Origin: Octopus bimaculoides
Taxonomy: Eukaryota
Assembly (NCBI RefSeq): GCF_001194135.2
Contig: NC_068984.1
Coordinates: 129,709,272 to 129,773,271, forward strand
DNA length: 64,000 nt
Direction: 5' to 3'
Part shown: positions 26,899-36,636 of the stretch, piece by piece
Position numbering within the stretch: the stretch's first letter is position 1
Layout of the letters: each line of letters starts with the position of its first letter
Notes under the pieces: model-generated
What the model was told of the DNA's origin: nothing
Seen by the model: the letters and a program-made list of their open reading frames with translations, nothing else
The model's database searches: none
Position numbers and translations under genes: made by a program

Positions 26899-27024
26899 AC
26901 AGTTCTATATTTAAGAGATGAGGAATTATGTATATTATTTACATTATTTACACAGGCATATGGCGTAGTGGTTAAAAGCACGGGCTACAAACCCCAAAAT
27001 TCCAAGTTTGATTCCAGGCAGTGA

Positions 27025-27065
<41 letters not shown>

Positions 27066-27205
27066 TCGAGAAATACCTCAGGAATGAGAACCCAGGTTCG
27101 AAATTTCCCTAAGACACCTGATGAAGGCTGGAGGGTATATCAGCCGAAACGTTGTGTTAACAACAAACAAGATGAGGACAAATATCCGTCAAATGTAAAT
27201 AATGT
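26899..27205 (+). mobile_element. tRNA-head + (AAT)n + hammerhead composite element
   Basis: A box 26961-71, B-box-like 27005-15, (AAT)n 27029-63, hammerhead 27113-58; direct repeat GTCTAGGAGCAAT at 26886-98 and 27204-16. Confidence 0.8.
27113..27158 (+). ncRNA. Minimal type I hammerhead motif
   Basis: GACAC-CTGATGA-A-GGCTG-(10 nt)-CAGCC-GAAA-CG-TT-GTGTT; palindromic AACGTT in place of stem III. Confidence 0.7.
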
Positions 27206-27717
27206 CTAGGAGCAATTTCTAGAGTGCATTGTTTTAGTGCAAGAGAAGGGGCATTATCAGGGTCAGTAACCTTGTTTGAAGTAGCTGGAACTATTTCTGC
27301 ACTTGCTGTGTGTGTGATGAGCAGGATGAAAAGCCTTTTGAGGTAGAAAGGGGAAGATTTGGAGGGGATTAACCAAGGGTTTGTAGTGTGGCGTTAAATG
27401 CAAAATGGGCAGCAAAAGTAAGGGAGCTTTCTCTATGGGGGCACAGCTTACAGAACCATCATTATTTAGAAGAGGAAGAAAGTTGATTTCACAAAGTTGG
27501 TGGAAATCCTTTGGTAAGTGACCAAAAGGATAAGCAGTAGTTTCAGAGGGGAGATGGTTTGAGGGTTATGCAATGCATGAAGTTATCCTTTGCAATCAAA
27601 ATACGGATTTTACAGGGGTTACACTCCTGGGGGAATTCCCAGTTTTGGGGAATAGATGCGATTGTGTAGGCCTCATAGGCCTTTTTTTTTTTTTTTTTTT
27701 GCCCGAACAACTACAAT

Positions 27718-28104
27718 TGTTGTTGGCACTCCGTCGCTTATGACGTCGAGGGTTCCAGTTGATCCGATCAACGGAACAGCCTGCTCATGAAATTAACGTG
27801 CAAGTGGTTGAGCACTCCACAGACACGTGTACCCTTAACGTAGTTCTCAGGGATATTCAGCATGACACAGTGTGACACGGCTGACTGAACCTTTGAATTA
27901 CAGGCACAACAGAAACAGGAAGTAAGAGTGAGAGAAAGTTGTGGTGAAAGAGTACAGCAGGGTTCGCCACCATCCCCTGCCGGAGCCTCATGGAGCTTTT
28001 CGTGTTTTCGCTCAATAAACACTCACAACGCCTGGTCTGGGAATCGAAACCGCGATCCTATGACCGCAAGTCCGCTGCCCTAACCACTGGGCCATTGCAC
28101 CTCC
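27718..28104 (-). mobile_element. SINE family B, nested in the CR1 relic
   Basis: TSD ACAACTACAAT at 27707-17 and 28105-15. Confidence 0.93.
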
Positions 28105-28472
28105 ACAACTACAATGCAACTATGAGTAAACCACTTGGGGGACTTGGGACTTCTGGTTTTTGCTTTGTTGAGTGGTGAATATGAAGCAATATGCTTAAAA
28201 TATGGTTTTAGTTACTCATTTAGCTATTTCTGAAGAATCACGAATGAAACACATTTGCTGCCATGGATAAGTGGCATAAAACTAGCAGAACTCTGACCTG
28301 TCAGATGACTTGAAGTGCCATAGAGTCTGAAGGAATGGGAATGATGAGTGGTAAGTGGTACTGTGTGAAGCAGTTGTGAGGCAGTAAGTGGATGATCCAA
28401 TAGGTGCAGAGAGGCTTATGGTTAGATAGAGATTAGGCTTAGAAGTGTGAAAGAGATCAAGAGTGTTTAAGG

Positions 28473-28799
28473 GGCTATCTTTCAATTTAATGTGAGAAAA
28501 CATCAACTGAAAGCACATGAGTTTTGTTTACATCTAATCGGCTAACCCTAACCCTAAACCTAACCCTAACCCTAACCCTAACCCTAACCCTAACCCTAAC
28601 CCTAAACCTAACCCTAACCCTAACCCTAACCCTAAACCTAACCCTAACCCTAAACCTAACCCTAAACCTAAACCTAAACCTAAACCTAACCCTAACCCTA
28701 AACCTAACCCTAACCCTAACCCTAACAGGCCGATTAGATGTAAACAAAACCCATGTGCTTTCAGTTGACCATTTTCCCACATCAAATTGAAAGATAGCC
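28473..28799. mobile_element. MITE with about 70-bp TIRs, 9-bp TSD and telomeric-repeat core (Mutator- or Merlin-like)
   Basis: TIRs 28473-28542 and 28729-28799 (GGCTATC...GATAGCC); TSD TGTTTAAGG at 28464-72 and 28800-08. Confidence 0.85.
28543..28726 (+). repeat. Interstitial telomeric array (TAACCC)n with TAAACC variants
   Basis: About 31 hexamers, 9 of them variant; TTAGGG on the minus strand. Confidence 0.97.
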
Positions 28800-28902
28800 T
28801 GTTTAAGGTATTTGTGTAAACAGTCTGGTTTGTGATTGGGGGATGAAACAAGTTGGTTGCTTAGAACTAATCACCTGTTCATTTTTCCGTAATTTTTTCC
28901 AG

Positions 28903-29066
28903 TGAAATTCCATTGAAATCTGAAACCATAATGCAGGATACACCTTCGTCTGCAAAGAACCTTGTCTTTAAAGATATTGTTGTTGAAATCAAGAAGAAAC
29001 CAATTCTACAGAATGTCTGGGGCAGGATAACATCTGGTGAGCTAATGGCTGTGGTGGGACCAAGTG
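28903..29066 (+). CDS. ABCG exon 1 (probable ATG 28931; [15 protein letters not shown]...[10 protein letters not shown])
   Basis: Pyrimidine tract + AG at 28901-2; ATG with A at -3; donor GTAAGT at 29067 (phase 1, inside Walker A). The frame is open to the acceptor, so an upstream coding exon is not excluded. Confidence 0.85.
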
Positions 29067-31106
29067 GTAAGTTGACTAAGATAAAGGAACATTCAAGAAT
29101 TTCAAGTAACTAAGCATTGCCAATATCAAAACAAATGATGAAAAAACTCTAAAAGGAAACATCTTCAATGATAACCTTAAATTCTTTTTTCCTTTAACAA
29201 CTCAAGTTGCTGATACTTTTTACAAGGAAATGTTACTGTATTGTGAAAATTCCATAATAGATTTAGTTAAGTATTACATTCTAATTTACTTTAACATTGT
29301 ACTTACCAGATTAAGAAAAATAATATTAGTTAGTGACTGATATTGTCTTTTTTCTCAACGTGTAATTATTTCTAATTAGTTTTGTAGTGCTCTTCTCATT
29401 AAATATATTAACACTAACTTCTGTACTAATTTGTTTGACTCAACAAAATGTAAAATAAATATGTTCTACTCTGTTCATTACAGCTGAGGGGTCAAGAGTT
29501 GCAAAGGATATCTATCCAACTGTAAAAACAATTGTTTCAGCAAAAATACAACCCTTCCAAATAACATATGCAATTAAGTGGAATTTCTCTCTTACTTGTT
29601 GTGTGTTTTTATGATATCTGTTTAACAGGATCTGGCAAAACTACTCTTCTGAATGTGATCTCTGGTCGACAACACATCAAACAAGGATCCATAACAGTTA
29701 ATGGTCAGAAACTGAACAAGGCATTGAGCCGTCGGATGAGCTATGTACTACAACAGGATATATTACCGTCCAAATTAACTCTCAGAGAAGTACTACATGT
29801 AAGTATACTCTACAATGTCTTTGCTGTGAACCAGTTTTTATACAGATCTTCATGTTGAAGGACTGTCTTAATTAGATGTTTTCAGCTGAAGCGAAACAAT
29901 GACAAACCACTTCTGGGTTTGGTAAGTTTTCAAAGGGATGTTGTGAAAGCTCTATGATTTGGAACTCAAATATATTCAACTCCACTGTCATGTGATGACT
30001 GCTCTGTGCCCACTACCATCATTCCCACATTGCACTATAATTATTAGAGAGCCTCTGCATGGTCACTTGGCTTGCTAGAGATAGCAGTCAAATCACACTA
30101 TGTAATAAAGAAAGGACATTGGGTGATGTAAACTAACTTATATCTGAGAAGACAAGATGGCGTGCTGGAACGAAAACAATTGTAGCGTGGAAGGTGTTTA
30201 TAAGCCATTTAAAATAACACACAAAAACCGTTAGATTCACTTCAACATTTAAATTTAATTTGTCAAAATATTTTCGTCGCTTTGAGACTGTGACCTGTTC
30301 ACTGACAAAAGTCTGTGCTATANNNNNNNNNNNNNNNNNNNNNNNNNNNNNNNNNNNNNNNNNNNNNNNNNNNNNNNNNNNNNNNNNNNNNNNNNNNNNN
30401 NNNNNNNNNNNNNNNNNNNNNNNNNNNNNNNNNNNNNNNNNNNNNNNNNNNNNNNNNNNNNNNNNNNNNNNNNNNNNNNNNNNNNNNNNNNNNNNNNNNN
30501 NNNNNNNNNNNNNNNNNNNNNNNNNNNNNNNNNNNNNNNNNNNNNNNNNNNNNNNNNNNNNNNNNNNNNNNNNNNNNNNNNNNNNNNNNNNNNNNNNNNN
30601 NNNNNNNNNNNNNNNNNNNNNNNNNNNNNNNNNNNNNNNNNNNNNNNNNNNNNNNNNNNNNNNNNNNNNNNNNNNNNNNNNNNNNNNNNNNNNNNNNNNN
30701 NNNNNNNNNNNNNNNNNNNNNNNNNNNNNNNNNNNNNNNNNNNNNNNNNNNNNNNNNNNNNNNNNNNNNNNNNNNNNNNNNNNNNNNNNNNNNNNNNNNN
30801 NNNNNNNNNNNNNNNNNNNNNNNNNNNNNNNNNNNNNNNNNNNNNNNNNNNNNNNNNNNNNNNNNNNNNNNNNNNNNNNNNNNNNNNNNNNNNNNNNNNN
30901 NNNNNNNNNNNNNNNNNNNNNNNNNNNNNNNNNNNNNNNNNNNNNNNNNNNNNNNNNNNNNNNNNNNNNNNNNNNNNNNNNNNNNNNNNNNNNNNNNNNN
31001 NNNNNNNNNNNNNNNNNNNNNNNNNNNNNNNNNNNNNNNNNNNNNNNNNNNNNNNNNNNNNNNNNNNNNNNNNNNNNNNNNNNNNNNNNNNNNNNNNNNN
31101 NNNNNN

Positions 31107-31153
<47 letters not shown>

Positions 31154-34100
31154 TACGACGGGCTTCTTTCAGTTTCCGTCTACCAAATCCACTCACAAGG
31201 CTTTGGTCAGCCCGAGACTATAGTAGAAGACACTTGCTCAAGGTGCCACGCAGTGGAACTGAACCCAGAACCATGTGGTTCGTAAGCAAGCTACTTACCA
31301 CAGGCACCCACAAAGTTTAGCAGGCTTGGGCCAATTATCCAGCTTACCTAGTAGGTAACACTGCCTCCCCTCTCTCACTACTTCCCCTTATATACATACA
31401 CATGAAAGCACATATATGCACACACATACATATGCATAACTCTATACTCATACTAATAGCAGTTTGTGTGTGTGTGTATGTGTGTATTTGTGTGCCCCTT
31501 AACATTTGTGTTTCAAAGCCTAATACTGTGGAAACACTCACACACAATATCAAAACTTCCTTCCAAAAAAATTCATGTCATTTTGTTTCTTATCTAAGAT
31601 TTTTTAAAATATATTAATTTTTATTTTAAGAATATCTTTCTTCAGATATTGTGGCAGTATCATGAACGTTCACAAAATCTTTTTTAAATACACACACACA
31701 CATCTGTGTTTGTGTATAATTTATATATATATATATATATATACGTGTATAAAGGATGACCACTAGGGGGACATCCAATATGCTAGAAAGAGGTCACCAA
31801 CGCCCCAACCACAAAGAAAAATAATGTTCTCCAGAAAAATTTCGCAAAACACCACAACAGGATAAAATGAGAAATATAAGATATAAAATTCTTTATTCTT
31901 TATTCTTTACTTTAATTCTTTATTTTATATTTCTCGCTTTGTCCTGTTCTGGTGTTTTGCGAAATTTTTCTGGAGAACATTATTTTTCTTTATATATATG
32001 TATNNNNNNNNNNNNNNNNNNNNNNNNNNNNNNNNNNNNNNNNNNNNNNNNNNNNNNNNNNNNNNNNNNNNNNNNNNNNNNNNNNNNNNNNNNNNNNNNN
32101 NNNNNNNNNNNNNNNNNNNNNNNNNNNNNNNNNNNNNNNNNNNNNNNNNNNNNNNNNNNNNNNNNNNNNNNNNNNNNNNNNNNNNNNNNNNNNNNNNNNN
32201 NNNNNNNNNNNNNNNNNNNNNNNNNNNNNNNNNNNNNNNNNNATATGGATTTACTTTTCGTAATGAGATTAAAAAACCAAGGCTGTGTATATTTTAGAAC
32301 ATTTATAAATAGAAGGTCTTACAGCTGTTTCCAGGATATTTATTATATCCCTTCATCAGAGACGGTGTGTGTGAGAGGATGGTTAAGCAATAGTTAATTT
32401 AGCTAAGATAGGAAATAGAGAGTGAATTGGAGGAATGAAAATAGATGTGAAATATGCGGGGATATTGTATTTGTAAATCCATTGTTTAGGCAGAATGGTA
32501 GACATATAAGATTCCAATATCTTATGAGTATTGACACCACTACCGCTCATAACCTATGGTGGCACGTAAAAGCACCCACTACACTTTTGGAGTGGTTGGC
32601 GTTAGGAAGGGCATCCAGCTGTAGAAACTCTGCCAAATCAGATTGGAGCCTGGTGTAGCCATCTGGTTCACCAGTCCTCAGTCAAATCATCCAACCCATG
32701 CTAGCATGGAAAGCGGACGTTAAACGATACACACACACACATATATATATAAATACATACTTACACGTATATAACTGGCACTCCACGTACATGTGAACCC
32801 TAAATGTAGTTCTCAGGAAGATTCAGCATGATACAGAGAAGACTCACCAAGTAAAGTGAGATCACAGCCATGGCTGATGCCTGAAAGGGAAGAATAGTAA
32901 AGTGATGCTAACCCTCTTTTTTGAGACTCAAAAGGGGCCTATACTGCAAGACTACCTGGAAAAGGGGTGTACAATCAAACAGTACAAGATACAGTGCTTT
33001 GCTGGCCAGTAAACTGAAGCTGGCAATTCACACCAAACGTCGAAGCCTTTTGCTGAAGAGAGTTTTGTAGTTGCATGACATTGCACACCTACATACATTG
33101 AAAAAACAAGAGTGTGTATAAATTTTGACTCTCCTTCATAGTTCCTGTCTACCAGAGGAGGAGGAGGAGGAGGAGGTGGTGGTGGTGGTGGGGAGAAAGG
33201 GGAAGAGGACAGTGTCGACATGTTGGTGTTATTAGGTGTTTGATAGAGGAAGGGGTTTGTTTTTTTCTTTCTTCTTTTGCTATTTGTAACAAATAATTTT
33301 CAGCTGGTCGTTATAATTTTCAGTTATTGGGTCATCGTGGACAAGAGGATTGTCTGGAGGTGAGAAGAAAAGAGCCAACATATCCTGTGAACTTCTCACA
33401 AACCCCGATATTATTATTGTTGATGTGAGTTAAGTCTTTATTTTATTTTGACATTATTTCAGATGCATTTCAATGTTGTCTTTTCTTACCCTTGCTGCTG
33501 CTGTTGTCATCCTGATGTTAAAATTGCTGCTGTTTGGCTATTATTGTACTGCTGATGTTGTTGCACTACTGATGTTGACGTTGTTGTTGTCCTGCTGATG
33601 TTATTTGTGTTGTTGTTGTTGTTGTTGTCCTTCTGTTGTAGCTTTTATTTAAATTCTTATTCGCTTAATATTTGCCTCTCTTGTCTTCATGGTCAATAAA
33701 ATAAAATACCACTTCAGAAACGCTCTCAGTCTAAGTGACTGTGACTCTCTTCTTCAAAGGTTAGGCTTTGTGGTGAGACACTGGTGTGGCTATATAGGTG
33801 CAGGTGTGGCTCTGTGGTTAAGAAGCCTTTTCCCAGCCATACAATCTTGGGTTCAATCTCACTGCACAGCTCCTTAGACAAGTGTTTTCTACAATAACCC
33901 TGGACTAACCAAAGTCTTGTGAGTGGATTTGGTCTATGGAAACTGAAAGATGCTCATCATGTGTGTGTGTGTGTATACATATATATATGTGTGTTGGAAG
34001 GTTTGGAGGTGATGTACAGGAATTATATATTAGAAAAAATAATAAGGTACTCAGATATCTGGATGGTTGTACATTTACAGATTTTTATTAATATGTCACA

Positions 34101-36605
34101 TGTTTTATAAATATTAGTGCTTGCACCTATTCTTGTAGGTTCTTCAAATATGAGGAAGAATAGGTGCAAGCACTAATATTTATAAAACATGTGACATATT
34201 AATAAAAATCTGTAAATGTACAACCATCCAGATATCTGAATACCTTATTATTTTTTCTGATATATATTTTTCCATCTTTGAATCAAAACTAACCTCACCT
34301 GTGCTGGTCTCATGTAAAAAGCAGTTAGTCCACTCTGCTGGGGTAGTTGGTGTTGGGAAGGGCATCCAGCTGTAGAAACCGTGTCAAAACAGACACTGAA
34401 GCCTGGTCCAGTCTCCTGCCTAACCAGCTCCTGTCAAACCGTCCAACCCATGCCAGCATGGAAAGTAGATGTTAAACGATGATGATCGCAATGGTTTAAA
34501 TAGACATATTTTTATATGATACGTCATAACTGGCTCTAATTTCCATAGAAAATCTGTAGAATAGAAATCTGTAGAAATAACTTTAAAAAGTTTGTTGTTA
34601 CTGCTATCATTTGTACAATTATTGTTGTTGCTGTTGTTTTAACTCCTATTAGTGCTACTGTTGTTTTGTTTAATTGTCTGTTGTTTTTGCTACTGCTGTT
34701 CTTACTGTTGTTATCAACATTCCAGATGTTACCACTGTTGTATCTGTTGTCTTAATTATTGACTACCATTGTTCCCTGCTGCCCCTAATTAACCATGTGT
34801 TCACCCCCTTACATTTTTGCAGGAACCAACATCTGGCCTTGATTCATCTATGGCGTATAAACTGATGTTGAATCTACAGAATCTAGCAAGGAGCAACAAC
34901 AAAATAGTACTAGCTACCATCCACCAACCTTCCAGTCAAATATTTCACATGTTCAGTAAATTACTGGTACTTTCTAATGGCAAGGTGAGGATCAGTTTAC
35001 ATTATACTACTTACTTACTGCTAGTAGTGGTGGTGGTGGTGGTGATGGTGGTGATATTGTTGTGAGGTGGTAGTGGTAAGAAGACCAGTGTAGTGCAAGA
35101 CAAATACATAACAAAAACACCAGGACTAGCAACTATATATAACATACAGAAAATAGCACTACTAGGCACCACACACATCCTACGTAAAACACTTTCAATA
35201 CAGTCACAATTAGAACATCACAACAAACCACAGCAAAAATGTATGGTCTAAAATTCATATCCATATTACCAGAGACTTCTTAAATTTCTTCTCTTTTTAT
35301 TTTCATATAAATCAAAGATATGTTTTTTAATCAAAATAAAATTAAGTTAAGGGTATGTTGTCAAAATTTTGCAAATTCGAATAAACACTGAATTTAATCC
35401 TATACCATTGCAATGATATCATGCCTTCTCCTATTTGTAACTGTAGTACCGTAAATATTTGACCCTTATCAGTAATTGTCTTGTGAAAGCTCTAGTCTGT
35501 TGCACTAAAGTCAACCTAAGAATAACAGTGCCTGCAGGATTTACATTAAACTGACCAAGAAGACCTTTAAAATTTTAATCACTACACTCTCTGAGTGGTT
35601 GGCGTTAGGAAGGGCATCCAGCNNNNNNNNNNCGGACGTTAAACGATGATGATGATGATGATGATGATGATATATATACAGTCTAGAGATCTAATTAGAA
35701 ATTTACTACACGCCTTTCCAAACACATCTGATTTCTGAAAGAAACAGGATTAATGTGTGTAAAATTCAATGGTTAATCCTCGATAATGGCATTCGTTAAG
35801 AATAGGGTAGTTTTAATTCAAATTGATATTGAAAGTTTTATTTAAGTGAGAAGCTAATTAGATAATTTCAAAATAACAACAGAGTGAATGAACAATCAGA
35901 ATTGCTTTATAACTGCATGTATGCTTCCAAATGGTTGAGTGAAATGGTAAATTCTAAAAAGAATGGAGCTTAATACCTTTTTGTTTATCACTTTTAAAGG
36001 CACTTAATAACTGCAAGTTATTTCCTTTGTACAGTTATTATTTTTTACATCCAAACACCAATAAAATTTGTCTTTTCTTATATGCATTTATGCACCTATG
36101 AGGGGGTGCTGAAAGGTTCCTGGCTTTGGGTAAAAGAAAACACAGGAGGATCAGTTAATTATGATTTTATTCAACATATTCCCCTCTCAGATTCACACAC
36201 TCATTGCAGCAGTCCTTCAGTTTTTCTAAGCCCTGTAAAAGAACTCAGAAGGTTGGGCCTTCAACCAGGCCTTTCGCAACACCCTTAAAGCCTGGAAATT
36301 TCCAGTACCCCCTTGTATATGTTCTTATAGCTACCATATTGAAATAACATTAATTATCCCTATCTGTGTAACACTAAGCATTAAATGTTACTCTTCAAGA
36401 AAAATGAAAAATGGTTGCATTGTTAAACAGTAACCCCCAGCATTTGCTTTGATATTCAAAGCCCTTTTTACTGTACCCTCATTATCTATCAGATTTTGTG
36501 TCCTATTTTACTCATCTAATGATTAGCCATGAGAAAATTGGAATAACAATTTCTGAAGTGTCTGCTTCCAATAAATCATTTGTTCAATCATACTTATATA
36601 CATGC

Positions 36606-36636
<31 letters not shown>

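Larger units (their letters stand above)
26100..28870 (-). mobile_element. Degenerate CR1-group LINE ORF2 (EN to RT) with nested insertions
   Basis: Frameshifted QLVSSP...LNTLDLFHTSKP...PIGSS...LWHF (EN end, 28870-28290) and NPAKEYPIALT...RSTGD (RT start, about 26790-26640). Outer bounds approximate. Confidence 0.65.

Noticed and set aside
28543-28726. True chromosome end or fusion site
   Set aside because: The array is enclosed by TIRs and a TSD inside a LINE relic, is single-orientation, and is short.
28487-28851. VR/RF, GL and LT dipeptide ORFs
   Set aside because: These are translations of the telomeric hexamer array, with no independent coding evidence.
29886-29921. 36-nt AG...GTAAGT candidate exon ([12 protein letters not shown])
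   Set aside because: Weak pyrimidine tract, no ABC homology, and phase 0-0 does not supply the needed phase change.
31646-31690. Strong acceptor as the missing exon 3
   Set aside because: In-frame stop after 13 codons and no homology.
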